DNA of 54,761 nt from an uncultured Oligoflexia bacterium (lineage in GTDB: Bacteria > Bdellovibrionota > UBA1018 > UBA923), in the NCBI GenBank assembly GCA_964649095.1, contig CAZYPH010000001.1, positions 69,407-124,167 on the forward strand, read 5' to 3'. Of the stretch, positions 16,663-26,731 are shown piece after piece. Positions within the stretch are counted from its first letter, which is position 1, and every line of letters begins with the position of its first letter. The notes beneath the pieces are model-generated. The model had not been told where the DNA came from, searched no databases, and was given only the letters and a program-made list of their open reading frames with translations. A program made the translations under genes and the position numbers.

Positions 16663-17605
16663 GTGAGTATTGATAAAGTATATTTACTTTCTTTAATATA
16701 TTCGAAAGTGCTAGCACGCCGCCTAGTTGCCTGTTCGACGACTCTTCATCGCTATCATCGGCCCCGAACAATTTTTCAAAGAAGCTTTTCTTCTTAACGT
16801 ATTCGACTACACGGTAGTCGTCGCCAAGCTTGAGGTCCGTAGCCATCGCTTTGATCGTCTTTTCAAAACTGCCCAACTCGTCGACCAAATTTAAACCCTT
16901 GGCTTGTTCACCTGAAAAAATGCGCCCATCAGAAACCTCGACAACTTTTTCCATCGGCAGACCACGACCATCGGCAACCGCTTTTCTAAACTGCCCCAGA
17001 ACGTTATCAACCATCGATTGTAATAACTCTTTTTCTTCTGCCGTCATGGCCCGTGCCGGTGAACCGACGTCTTTAAATTTACCGGTTTTTACGGTTACTG
17101 AGCTGATTTTGGCCCAATCCATTAACTTTGAAACATCGTTGAACTGCATAATCACGCCAATACTACCGGTAATGGTGCCGGGATTAGCATAAATTTTACT
17201 AGCCGCCACCGCCGCATAATACCCACCACTGGCTGCTACCGAAGCTAGCGATGCATAAACTGGGAATGATTTTTTTGCCGTCAAAATATGGTCATAAATT
17301 TCTTGCGAAGGCGCCACAGCACCCCCTGGAGAGTTGATGCGCAAGACCACGCCCTTTACTTGAGGGTCTTCGATTAGCAGATCTAAGTCTTCGATAAACC
17401 GGCGTGAGTCTAAGATAACGCCCTTCAACTCGACGACACCAATTTTATTATGCGAGCCTGAGGCACCCCAGCGCTTCGAAACTATACCACTCTTGTTCTG
17501 GCTAAAAACCCAGTAGCCAATCCCAGCCATCGCAGCTGTCAGAACAACAATGCATACCGAGATAATTGTGATTACGAGAATAATAGATGATCTTTTTGAT
17601 GCCAT
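16646..17605 (-). CDS. sppA: Signal peptide peptidase SppA (36K type)
   Basis: LRINSPGGAVAPSQEIY, AASGGYYAAVAA, GSIGV, SGEQAKGLNLVDELG. Start taken at MASKRSS (17605). Confidence 0.85.
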   Translation of the reverse strand: MASKRSSIILVITIISVCIVVLTAAMAGIGYWVFSQNKSGIVSKRWGASGSHNKIGVVELKGVILDSRRFIEDLDLLIEDPQVKGVVLRINSPGGAVAPSQEIYDHILTAKKSFPVYASLASVAASGGYYAAVAASKIYANPGTITGSIGVIMQFNDVSKLMDWAKISSVTVKTGKFKDVGSPARAMTAEEKELLQSMVDNVLGQFRKAVADGRGLPMEKVVEVSDGRIFSGEQAKGLNLVDELGSFEKTIKAMATDLKLGDDYRVVEYVKKKSFFEKLFGADDSDEESSNRQLGGVLALSNILKKVNILYQYSHAIGL

Positions 17606-17682
17606 GCAACAAGGGTACATGGAGTTCACAAAACCGCGCAATTGCTTTTACAAAAGTGCGCTGACCAGAAGGCAAAAAAAAA

Positions 17683-17709
17683 GCCGGTAATTTCTTACCG
17701 GCTTTTTTT
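17683..17709 (-). terminator. Rho-independent terminator downstream of rpsA (symmetrical, could act in both directions)
   Basis: GCCGGTAA-TTTC-TTACCGGC stem-loop flanked by an A9 run (17674-17682) and a T7 run (17703-17709). Confidence 0.75.
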
Positions 17710-17731
17710 GACACGTTAAAACGTCGTCGAA

Positions 17732-19636
17732 CTACTTCTGATCGTCTTCGTCTTCTTTGTTTAGTAGCCCTTTCAACTGGGCACCAAATACATCACCTAA
17801 AGACGTACGTGTATCACGATTGCCCGAATACTGAGCTACCGCTTTACGCTCTTCAGAGTGTTTCAACTTACGCATAGAAAGACCAATACGACGCTCGCGA
17901 GCATCTAAAGTCGTTACTTCTGCGTGGACAAAATCACCCACTTTTACGTGGTCTGAAGCTTTTTCAACACGATCGTCAGAAAGTTCACTAATGTAAACCA
18001 AACCTTCGATGCCTTCTTCTAATTCTACGAATGCACCAAAGTCGGTTACTTTAGTTACTTTTCCTTCAACGCTTTCACCAACTTTGTATTTGGTTTTTGC
18101 CGTTTCCCAAGGATCACGCTCTAATTGCTTAATACCTAAACTGAATTTTTCAGTTTCTTTGTCGATAGAAAGAACCATCGCTTTAATGCGATCGCCTTTT
18201 TTGAAGCGTTCGCTTGGGTGCGCTACTTTTTTGTTCCACGAAATATCAGAAACGTGGATCAAACCATCAATACCTTCGCCGATGTCGACAAAAATACCAA
18301 AGTCTGTAACTGATTTCACTTCACCATCGATCTCTTTACCTGATGGATACTTCTCTTCTAAGGCGCTCCAAGGATTTTCTTGAAGTTGTTTCAAGCCTAA
18401 CGACAAACGTTTGTTACGTGCGTCGATCTCTAGCACCTGACACTCTACTTCATCACCTGGGTTCAACACTTTTGAAGGGTGTTTTACATCACGCTTCCAG
18501 CTCATTTCACTGACGTGAATCAAACCTTCAATGCCTTCTGATAATTCAACAAAAGCGCCGTAGTCTTTAATCGAAACTACTTTGCCTTTTACACGATCAC
18601 CGACATTGATTTTTTGGGCTAACTCTTCCCACGGATTTGGCGATACTTGTTTTAGACCTAAGCTAATACGCTCTTTCTCGCGGTCGTAACGCAATACTTT
18701 TACGTTAACTTCATCACCCACACTGAACAATTCGCTTGGGTGTTTTACGCGGCCCCAGCTCATGTCAGTGATGTGCAACAAGCCGTCCATGCCACCTAGG
18801 TCGATGAAGGCACCGTATTCTGTGATGTTTTTCACAACACCAGTTACGATTTGCTCTTCTTGCAAGTTCGACAAGGTCTCAGCACGTTGACGCTCTTTCT
18901 CTTGAGCTACAATGGCGCGACGCGACAACACAATGTTGCCACGTTTTTTGTTAAACTTGATGATTTTGAATTTTAATTTTTTGCCTAAAAACTTATCCAA
19001 GTTTTTTACAGGCTTAATATCAATTTGTGAGCCCGGTAAAAACGCTTTAACGCCGATATCAACGCTCAAGCCGCCTTTTACTTTCGCAATCACTGTACCT
19101 TCAACAAGCTGATCATTTTCGCAAGCTTGACTGATTTCATCCCAAGCTTTGATAATCTCTGCTTTGTCTTTAGAAAGAACCATGAAGCCGTTTTCGCCTT
19201 CCATTCTTTCCAAATAAACTTGTAGTGGATCGCCCACTTTTACATCGATAGTACCATCTGGTTTTTTAAACTCTTCAATAGGCACCATACCTTCGCTTTT
19301 GTAACCAATATCAACGGTAACAAAACCCTCAGATACGTTAACGACTAAGCCGTCTACCACTTCACCTTCACGCACATCACCTGTTGCAATGCTCTGTTCG
19401 TAGAGCTGTGCAAAGGAATGCCCATCTTCGGCATACTGTTCTTCTGTGTTTTTGATGTCTTTGGATGGACCTAGATCGAAGGATTCGACCCAACTGTAGG
19501 GATCTTTTGCATCCTTCTTTTTCTTGCCAGCAGTGGCTACTGCCGGATTGTACGAAGCCCCCGCTGTAGTAGTTGTTGTGTTTTTACCACCACGGTTACT
19601 TCCTGATTGCGCACCAGTGTTTGTGCTAATTGCCAT
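17732..19636 (-). CDS. rpsA: 30S ribosomal protein S1
   Basis: Repeated S1 domains (GVVKNITEYGAFIDLGG, GKVVSIKDYGAFVELSEG, GEVKSVTDFGIFVDIGEG, GKVTKVTDFGAFVELEEG). Length 634 aa with an extended N-terminus. Confidence 0.95.
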   Translation of the reverse strand: MAISTNTGAQSGSNRGGKNTTTTTAGASYNPAVATAGKKKKDAKDPYSWVESFDLGPSKDIKNTEEQYAEDGHSFAQLYEQSIATGDVREGEVVDGLVVNVSEGFVTVDIGYKSEGMVPIEEFKKPDGTIDVKVGDPLQVYLERMEGENGFMVLSKDKAEIIKAWDEISQACENDQLVEGTVIAKVKGGLSVDIGVKAFLPGSQIDIKPVKNLDKFLGKKLKFKIIKFNKKRGNIVLSRRAIVAQEKERQRAETLSNLQEEQIVTGVVKNITEYGAFIDLGGMDGLLHITDMSWGRVKHPSELFSVGDEVNVKVLRYDREKERISLGLKQVSPNPWEELAQKINVGDRVKGKVVSIKDYGAFVELSEGIEGLIHVSEMSWKRDVKHPSKVLNPGDEVECQVLEIDARNKRLSLGLKQLQENPWSALEEKYPSGKEIDGEVKSVTDFGIFVDIGEGIDGLIHVSDISWNKKVAHPSERFKKGDRIKAMVLSIDKETEKFSLGIKQLERDPWETAKTKYKVGESVEGKVTKVTDFGAFVELEEGIEGLVYISELSDDRVEKASDHVKVGDFVHAEVTTLDARERRIGLSMRKLKHSEERKAVAQYSGNRDTRTSLGDVFGAQLKGLLNKEDEDDQK

Positions 19637-19731
19637 ATTTTATAGATACCTTCTTTCGTGAATTTTGAACTCTGACTTTATAACGTGGAACCTATCGGAA
19701 CGAAAGGGAAACCTTTTCAACGCTCTAAAGA

Positions 19732-20832
19732 CTATGAAAGGAGGTCTCGCGCTGCTTGGACGACAGACTCCGCCGAGATACTATCCATACACCGAAAGTG
19801 GCGTTTTGGGCACGTTTGAGGGCCATGAGCGCTACAAGGACGGCAGTCGAGGGCTATTACAGGCTCTATGATGCGCCTGCGGTCGGAAAGTGGCTGAAAA
19901 CCAAATGCTGGTATAGTTGGTCCAAAAATGGTCGCAGTAGGTACGTTAAAAGCTGAGGCTAAATGGGTATTTGCGGAATCATTCGTTAAAACAAGTGCGG
20001 CTTTTGAAAAAAGACCCTTTAGTTCACTTAAATTAGTCTGACCAACAAGGTTCTGAACCCTGCTCGTGACTTCTTCAGACAGGCGCTGCATCAGGGTTTT
20101 GGCGATCACTTTTTCACGCTCTCCGGATGGCCCAACCATCACAAACGTAACGTCGTGGAATGACCCTGCTAATTCGCGAATTACCTCAACCCAACGATCG
20201 GCAAACCACATTTTGGTGCCCCAGGCTGTAAAGGGACAAATTAATATATACGGTTTTTTTAATTTAAAAGATTCTGAAACACCTGATTTAGGCGAAGGCA
20301 AATAGGGTAAATAATTCTTATTTGCAATGAGGTTCTTCATAGCGTGGGATTGATTTGGCAAAAGCTCGCAGACTTTTTGGGCGTACGAGAGGCCCGACGC
20401 CAACGGTAGCTGAGGAATCAACTGAAAGTCTAAAAAAGGCGCTAACCAACGACGGTGGAGAACGGCAAAGGCACGCACTTTGCGGCGATTCTTAAACCCA
20501 GCAACACACCACGCAAGCACGGTTGAACGCACCGATGGATGCACAAGCAAAACAGCGTCAAAATCAATAATTTTTAGTGTTTGAACTAAACTCTTAAAAC
20601 TCCGCCACTGCCGAACAAAACTACTCTTATTTTTAACCAATACATGTGTTGCAAGCTTTGGAAAGCCAACCAGCACATCTGCGCCCACACTGGTGGTCAC
20701 TAGGTGAACGGATTTAGTCCCTACGTCATCGACCAATACTTTTAGTAATGGTGTGGTCAATATAATGTCACCTAAAAAAGCGGTCTGAATTACTAAATAT
20801 TTTTTATTGGTACGATGTTCTGAACTAGCCAT
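19732..20832 (-). CDS. Glycosyltransferase family 9 (LPS heptosyltransferase-like)
   Basis: N-terminal KYLVIQTAFLGDIILTTPLL and C-terminal LVLTNDSANTHLASAFNVPTATIFGPT. Start taken at MASSEH (20832). Confidence 0.8.
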   Translation of the reverse strand: MASSEHRTNKKYLVIQTAFLGDIILTTPLLKVLVDDVGTKSVHLVTTSVGADVLVGFPKLATHVLVKNKSSFVRQWRSFKSLVQTLKIIDFDAVLLVHPSVRSTVLAWCVAGFKNRRKVRAFAVLHRRWLAPFLDFQLIPQLPLASGLSYAQKVCELLPNQSHAMKNLIANKNYLPYLPSPKSGVSESFKLKKPYILICPFTAWGTKMWFADRWVEVIRELAGSFHDVTFVMVGPSGEREKVIAKTLMQRLSEEVTSRVQNLVGQTNLSELKGLFSKAALVLTNDSANTHLASAFNVPTATIFGPTIPAFGFQPLSDRRRIIEPVIALDCRPCSAHGPQTCPKRHFRCMDSISAESVVQAARDLLS

Positions 20833-20850
20833 ACGAAAACACCCCAACCA

Positions 20851-22248
20851 TTATTTAGCGGGTTCGGGTTCCGGGGTTTCGTCGCCGCCCATTTTAGTAT
20901 TGATGCTATTTAACAACTGTTTAAACCAAGTGCGCACCCGGTAACGCCGCTTTTGCACGCCACTAACCGGCTTCGGAGCAGCCGTAGTGGTCTCAAACGA
21001 CAGGTCCTCTAAGTAAGGTACCGCTCGCAACGATTCGGGAGCCTGTTTATGATCGCCATTTTTTTCTGCTTTAGCCTGTGCGTCGGGCGAAATTCCAGGG
21101 ATTATCGCCTTTACAACACCCTCTACCCAACCAATACGTACTTTAGCTTCAAACCGAATCGGAAAATGACGCACATCATCGGTATACCAAACAAAGGCAT
21201 CTCCCTGCTGTTGCATGACGCCATTAAATCGCGTCTCGACTTTGACTTTTAAGGCCGGCAAATAACCGTGAGCCCAGCGAATTTCATCGCGTTTGATGAC
21301 GCGAGCGACGGTCTCCCACTGGTTACCATTAGTGGTCATTGGGAACTTGTATTCATGGCCCACTTTTAGATCAAAATTTCTAAGATAATAGAGCGCACTC
21401 AATGCATCTTGCGAAAACGGTACAAGGTCTTTGATGTCTTTCGATTCGTGCACTTCTTTTGTATGCAATCGGTTGTCATAAACATGCACGTATTGCTTAC
21501 GAGCGGCGTGATCGAAAAGCTCTAAGTGTTTTCGAATATGTTTGGTCTCATCCCCAACCAACGTAAATTTGTAGGGAAACCAACCGTCAAAATCGACAAA
21601 ACTTTCGACAGAGTCTTCGGCACGATAGATCAGACTAAAAATCTCGGTCGTACGTGCGGTGCCCTTGATGTGGTAAACTTTGCGTTGATTGATGGTTTTA
21701 AAGGGCAACACCTCAAGGGTAAATTCACCGGCTTTGGTTTTAAGCCACTTCACATCCATCAAAATCTTTTCATCAACCCACAGCGGGTCAACGGCTACGG
21801 TATCACCCCCAGAACCTGGGCGCCTTAACGGAATGGTAAACGACGGATCACGCGCGCCTAGGGGGCTATCACCCACACCCAACGCCGCACTTGGTTTTAT
21901 TTCTGCTGCTGGCAATTTTTTTGACCCTCTCTTTTTGGTGCGTTTTTTCGGGACTACACGCACCACTTCGGGCTTTACGATCGCAACAGGGGGCTGCTCG
22001 ATATTTTTTTTATAATCTTGTACGGCAAAGGCCTGTTCGATCTCTTTTGCTATGTGCAATTCATCTAAATTGTTTAACTCAGTTGAACCATCACGCGTTG
22101 TTTTTTTTGACGCACAACTTGCAGTCACTAACGATATTAACACAAGACACGCTACCACACCGGTAACTCTAGGCAGTGATTGCAATATATTAAATTTTCT
22201 ATATTTAAACATTAGGTTGATTTTATGCCGGATTGACTGGTCGTTCAA
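20851..22248 (-). CDS. Hypothetical envelope protein / probable lipoprotein (possibly DUF3108-like)
   Basis: Signal/lipobox-like VACLVLISLVTASC, a basic Lys-rich linker, and a beta-rich C-terminal half. Alternative start at MFKYRKF (22212). The family assignment is weak. Confidence 0.55.
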   Translation of the reverse strand: MNDQSIRHKINLMFKYRKFNILQSLPRVTGVVACLVLISLVTASCASKKTTRDGSTELNNLDELHIAKEIEQAFAVQDYKKNIEQPPVAIVKPEVVRVVPKKRTKKRGSKKLPAAEIKPSAALGVGDSPLGARDPSFTIPLRRPGSGGDTVAVDPLWVDEKILMDVKWLKTKAGEFTLEVLPFKTINQRKVYHIKGTARTTEIFSLIYRAEDSVESFVDFDGWFPYKFTLVGDETKHIRKHLELFDHAARKQYVHVYDNRLHTKEVHESKDIKDLVPFSQDALSALYYLRNFDLKVGHEYKFPMTTNGNQWETVARVIKRDEIRWAHGYLPALKVKVETRFNGVMQQQGDAFVWYTDDVRHFPIRFEAKVRIGWVEGVVKAIIPGISPDAQAKAEKNGDHKQAPESLRAVPYLEDLSFETTTAAPKPVSGVQKRRYRVRTWFKQLLNSINTKMGGDETPEPEPAK

Positions 22249-22266
22249 CCTACAACATTGACGACA

Positions 22267-23157
22267 TTAGTATTCTATTGCTTTGGAGTTTTTAAATCGG
22301 CGATGCGTCCACAACCACTGTTCGGGGTATTGGCGAATCCACTTTTCAATCAAAGTGGCCAAATGCTGTGTCAATTGCGCAGAATCTGTGAAGTTTTCCA
22401 TACTCACCGCCGGGTGGCAGATCACTTCGACCGATCCATCCTTATGCCGCACTGTTTGTACCGGCAACACAATAGCGTTCGTGCGATCCTGAATCTTTCC
22501 GACAGCATTCAAAGTTTCTGCCTGAGTGCCAAAAAACGCCACTGGAATACCAATTGGCGCCCCAGCATATTGATCTAATACAAAACCCACCGCTTTATTC
22601 GCACGCAACGCCCGCAAAACGGTGGGCATTGTTTTCGGTTCATAGGCCCCATCGACACCAATACTCTTACGTTGTTTTTCAATCGTGGCATGTAACCACG
22701 CCGGTTTTAAGTGTTTCGTAACCATTACTAGAGACACTCCTGATAGCTCAGCCGCAAACGTCAGGAACTCCCAATTCGCCAGATGCGTGCCGACAAACAA
22801 AATACCTAGCCCCAACCGTTGCGCCTGATGAATATGCTCGGCACCGGTTAAAGTAACATGGCGACGCAAGTAACGCCGGTAATGCCCAGGAATGGGTGAA
22901 AACAAATGCAACAACTCGCAAACAGTAAGACCAAAGTGTTTGTAAAATTTTTCAACTAAATCGGCTCGCCCTGGAAAGCAGTAAGTCAAATTGGTTTGAA
23001 CAATTCGGTATTTAAATATTTTAGATTTATATAAAAAAAGCCCGAATAAACGCCCGAAAAAAACTTCTATTGAGCGAGGTAGCAACGAAACTACCAATCC
23101 AACACTGGTGAGAATGAGTCGACCGATAGTACTTAGAAACCAATACCGCCACTGCAT
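22267..23157 (-). CDS. Lipid A biosynthesis late acyltransferase (LpxL/HtrB family)
   Basis: N-terminal TM, HX4(D/E)-type motif VGTHLANWE, C-terminal YPEQWLWTHRRFK. Sits next to lpxK. Confidence 0.75.
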   Translation of the reverse strand: MQWRYWFLSTIGRLILTSVGLVVSLLPRSIEVFFGRLFGLFLYKSKIFKYRIVQTNLTYCFPGRADLVEKFYKHFGLTVCELLHLFSPIPGHYRRYLRRHVTLTGAEHIHQAQRLGLGILFVGTHLANWEFLTFAAELSGVSLVMVTKHLKPAWLHATIEKQRKSIGVDGAYEPKTMPTVLRALRANKAVGFVLDQYAGAPIGIPVAFFGTQAETLNAVGKIQDRTNAIVLPVQTVRHKDGSVEVICHPAVSMENFTDSAQLTQHLATLIEKWIRQYPEQWLWTHRRFKNSKAIEY

Positions 23158-23159
23158 AA

Positions 23160-24104
23160 CTACCCAATGCCAACGACTCGATTGAGTGCCGCTAATAGCG
23201 TGTCGGGATTACTCACTTCAAGTGCCACGTCGACATAATGCAAGTGCGGAATGCGGTGCGGAACCAATTTCACATAATCTTTCAAAGTTGTTAACAACGG
23301 CCTCTCTCGAGATATCTTTAACAAATGTTGCACGTCGCTCTTTTGATAGCGATAGTGGTCTGCAAAGACTTGGCCGCGATCGAACGCAACGTGATTATCA
23401 GAAAGAAACTGAAAAAAACGTTGCGGGTTACCGATGCCGCAAAAAGCAAAATACTTGCTCGCATAAAACGGATCATCTTGTTTATTCATCGGTGTCGGCA
23501 CAATACCCTGCAAGCGATACTCTGAAGAAAGGTAATCGCTAGGAATCAATTCTTTTACCCCAAAACCTAATTTGATATCACACGTGTGCTGTACTTTAGA
23601 AAAATCTCGTTTGACGGTTTTTACGCCAAAATGATGCACCAATATTTTTAAATCAGACTTAATTTTAAACTGCTGCAGGCCATCATCGAAAATCACACAA
23701 TCGGGCAACTGTTTACCCGACGCAAAACAATGTTCATAAAGCGCATCCACCCGATGTTTACCCACTACAACAGACAGCCCTGGGCACTTTTTTAGCAAAA
23801 CTTGAGCTTCGTCAGGGGCATGGGCTCGCGCTGCTTGTTCGTAACTTGTAAAAATCGCTGTTGTAGTTTCAAACTCGGGCGCCCCGTAACCACGCATTGC
23901 AACAACTACTTTTTTTTGAACTTTTAAGAGATGGTTCGCCAAATAGGCGACAACTTCTGTTTTACCCACTCCGCCGGCTTGAATATTACCCACAACAATG
24001 CTGGGCACGGGCAATGTGACCTGTTTATTCGCGTAAAATCGACGCGCAACGTGGTTTACGGTCGACCAAAGCAGGCTAGCAAACTGATTTATATATAATT
24101 TCAT
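23160..24104 (-). CDS. lpxK: Tetraacyldisaccharide 4'-kinase
   Basis: P-loop VGNIQAGGVGKTEVV, length 314 aa, position between lpxB and the late acyltransferase. Confidence 0.85.
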   Translation of the reverse strand: MKLYINQFASLLWSTVNHVARRFYANKQVTLPVPSIVVGNIQAGGVGKTEVVAYLANHLLKVQKKVVVAMRGYGAPEFETTTAIFTSYEQAARAHAPDEAQVLLKKCPGLSVVVGKHRVDALYEHCFASGKQLPDCVIFDDGLQQFKIKSDLKILVHHFGVKTVKRDFSKVQHTCDIKLGFGVKELIPSDYLSSEYRLQGIVPTPMNKQDDPFYASKYFAFCGIGNPQRFFQFLSDNHVAFDRGQVFADHYRYQKSDVQHLLKISRERPLLTTLKDYVKLVPHRIPHLHYVDVALEVSNPDTLLAALNRVVGIG

Positions 24105-24128
24105 AGATATTTTTTATTATATATATAC

Positions 24129-25448
24129 CTAACTAACCAAATCAACTATATGTTTTGCAATTTCATCAGCTGGAGATTTAAAACCTCCTGATAATATCTC
24201 ACGTAACGAGGCAACACGTGCGTGGTTTTGTCGAAATCTTTCCGGAGCCCTTAATAAACCCTCTGATATCTGGTCGGGCGTGCCTGTCTTTAAAATACAC
24301 TCTTCAAAAACAGGCTGGCGCCCTGTGAGTGCATCGTCAAACGATGATGCCAACACAAGATTACCAAGCCCAATATACCCGCCATAACGCACAATGTACT
24401 TGTAGATAAAACGGGAACTCAACGACATGTCGTAAGAAACTACGTGAGGCAAACCTAAAGCTGCGGCCTCTAATGTGCTCGTGCCCGACTTGATAAGACC
24501 GACGTCTGAAGCTTTGAGTACCTGATAGTTGCCATCGGCGCTAACAAATCGAACCGGCACCTCGACGTCATGCATTATCTTGAGAACGTCTCCAAAATGT
24601 TGTTTTACAAAACTAACATCTAGGTGTGCTGGTAGCGGAACCACTACAGCCGCATCCTCTAACGGCGATTGACGTTCGAGTCTCTTTGCAAAATATAAAA
24701 CCAACGCATCGCGAAATGTTTTTGTGTGGTGTTTGATTTCGGAGTGACGGCTTCCTAAAAAACACGCAACCACGTGTGTGGTGTCGTTTAATTGCAACGC
24801 CTCACGGGCAGTCTTTCTGGATAAACTCCAGGGAATTTGCTCTACGATGGGGTTACCGACGTAAGAGGCATTCACCCCACACGCCTCGAGAAACTGGGCT
24901 TCAAAGGGTAATATCGTGAGCACGCGATCAACTAATTGCTGTAACTTAAACACGCGGTGCGTGCGCCACACCCATACTTTTGGGGGAATAAGATAAACAA
25001 CAGGTACTGAAAAAAACTTAAATAAGGCGGCTAAACGAAGATTAATGGCGCTACCATCGATCAAAAGCGCGCAATCAGGCAAAGCCGCACCGTTTTGTTT
25101 AAGCTTCGACAGCTCGGTCTCGATTAAGACTTCTAAACGCCGACGATTAGGCCATTTTGAGGCCAATTCACTAACCCCACCCATCACACTGAATTGCGAC
25201 AAGTGCATGAAAAGTTCGGCACCACTAGCACGAAGCGCGTCACCACCTAGTGCTTTAAAATAAGTCAGTTCACGGCCTTGCGACTTTAATTTCTCTTTAA
25301 GAGCCGTAACAACAGCCGCACCATGCATATCGGCACTGGCCTCTGAAGCCGAAACAAATAATTTCAACGGTACGTTCCTAACGATAAATGCCTTTTGTCG
25401 ACTGCCTAACAAACTCAATAAACGACTGCACCACGTCGTGGGAACCAA
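24129..25448 (-). CDS. lpxB: Lipid-A-disaccharide synthase
   Basis: FVSASEASADMHGAAVV near the N-terminus and SGTSTLEAAALGLPHVVSY. The ORF-track ATG (25448) overlaps lpxA by 71 nt. A TTG at 25367 just before KLFVSASEASAD is an alternative start. Confidence 0.85.
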   Translation of the reverse strand: MVPTTWCSRLLSLLGSRQKAFIVRNVPLKLFVSASEASADMHGAAVVTALKEKLKSQGRELTYFKALGGDALRASGAELFMHLSQFSVMGGVSELASKWPNRRRLEVLIETELSKLKQNGAALPDCALLIDGSAINLRLAALFKFFSVPVVYLIPPKVWVWRTHRVFKLQQLVDRVLTILPFEAQFLEACGVNASYVGNPIVEQIPWSLSRKTAREALQLNDTTHVVACFLGSRHSEIKHHTKTFRDALVLYFAKRLERQSPLEDAAVVVPLPAHLDVSFVKQHFGDVLKIMHDVEVPVRFVSADGNYQVLKASDVGLIKSGTSTLEAAALGLPHVVSYDMSLSSRFIYKYIVRYGGYIGLGNLVLASSFDDALTGRQPVFEECILKTGTPDQISEGLLRAPERFRQNHARVASLREILSGGFKSPADEIAKHIVDLVS

Positions 25449-26181
25449 GCTCGCTCTCTAAACGACGTAGGGATTCCTCTTTTTCTAATGACTTGTCTTT
25501 AAAATACAGTCGATTGACCTCTTGAAGGGCTGTAATGGCCTCGCCTGAAAACCCACGCCGCTTTAAACCAACGATGTTGATACCCAGAATTTCAAAATTA
25601 TTATTAGTGCCACGCCCCATGACAAATCGCGGGACATCGCGATCAACACCACTGCAGCCGCCTACATAGGAATGGGCCCCAATACGTTTAAACTGTGCAA
25701 TGGCGGACGACCCGCCGATAATGGCCCAATCTTCAATCAAAACATGCCCTGCAATTTGCACAGAATTCGCAATAACAGTGTGGCTCTGCACAGTGGTGTC
25801 GTGCCCCAGATGCACATAAGCCATCAAAAGATTTTGATCACCCACACGCGTCACACCACCACCGCCATCTGTGCCGATGTTAATAGTTACGGATTCACGA
25901 ATCGTGTTGTGATTGCCAATGACCACACTGGTTTTTTCACCGTCGTACTTTAAGTCTTGAGGTACAGCGCCGATGACCGAGAATGGAAAAAAAATATTCC
26001 CCTCGCCCACTCGCACTTGGTTTTCCATCACGACATGACTTTTTAAAACGTTGCGAGGGCCCAACTCGACGCCATTACCCACAATGCAGTACGGACCGAC
26101 TACACACGAATCGTGAATTTTGGCTTTTGGAGCAATGATCGCCGTCGGGTGTATATAACCCGCATCAATAGTTTCCATCAT
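25378..26181 (-). CDS. lpxA: Acyl-ACP--UDP-N-acetylglucosamine O-acyltransferase
   Basis: IHPTAIIAPKAKIHDSCVVGPYCIVG hexapeptide repeats and the C-terminal helical domain LKRRGFSGEAITALQEVNRLYF. Confidence 0.9.
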   Translation of the reverse strand: MMETIDAGYIHPTAIIAPKAKIHDSCVVGPYCIVGNGVELGPRNVLKSHVVMENQVRVGEGNIFFPFSVIGAVPQDLKYDGEKTSVVIGNHNTIRESVTINIGTDGGGGVTRVGDQNLLMAYVHLGHDTTVQSHTVIANSVQIAGHVLIEDWAIIGGSSAIAQFKRIGAHSYVGGCSGVDRDVPRFVMGRGTNNNFEILGINIVGLKRRGFSGEAITALQEVNRLYFKDKSLEKEESLRRLESELGSHDVVQSFIEFVRQSTKGIYR

Positions 26182-26185
26182 AACT

Positions 26186-26731
26186 CTACTTTTTAATTGA
26201 TACCTGAGCCATAAATTCAGCCTCAGCAGCTAATTTAGACTCCACAAAAATCTCACCGATAAAACTCCAGAATCCTGACCGCGTCGACTTCACACGAACA
26301 TGAATATCCATTTGGTCACCCGGACGAATCGGGCGCCTGAAACGTGCGCCATCACAACTGATAAGTGCGACATCAATCTGCGGAATGATACCCTTGTACT
26401 CCACATAGAAAAACGGCATCGACACAAAACCGGCGGCTTGTGCCATGGCCTCTAGCGATAACACGCCAGGTAGCACTGGACGGCTTGGAAAATGCCCTAC
26501 AAAGTGCGACTCATTAATTGTTACGTTCTTTAACGCTCGCACGCGGCTACCGGCCTTAGCCTTATCTAATTGCTCGAGCGACATATCCATTGAAAGCGGC
26601 GCTCCGGGTGCTAATTCACAAATACGATCGATAAAAAGAAACGGATATTTATGCGGCAAAACAGCCATGACTTGATCGATGTCTAATGATTGTGTGTTTA
26701 ACCAATCTATTTTTTGTACTTCTTCTGTCAT
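26186..26731 (-). CDS. fabZ: 3-hydroxyacyl-ACP dehydratase
   Basis: [13 protein letters not shown] and [23 protein letters not shown]. Confidence 0.95.
   Translation of the reverse strand: MTEEVQKIDWLNTQSLDIDQVMAVLPHKYPFLFIDRICELAPGAPLSMDMSLEQLDKAKAGSRVRALKNVTINESHFVGHFPSRPVLPGVLSLEAMAQAAGFVSMPFFYVEYKGIIPQIDVALISCDGARFRRPIRPGDQMDIHVRVKSTRSGFWSFIGEIFVESKLAAEAEFMAQVSIKK

Noticed and set aside
18009-19112. Plus-strand ORFs (124 aa, 66 aa) antisense to rpsA
   Set aside because: They lie inside a highly conserved, repeat-containing S1 gene, and their compositionally odd translations mark them as spurious.
25378-25448. 71-nt overlap of lpxB with lpxA, as a possible unusual coupling
   Set aside because: It is probably an ORF-extension artefact. 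A TTG at 25367, just upstream of the conserved KLFVSASEASAD N-terminus, gives a normal non-overlapping start.
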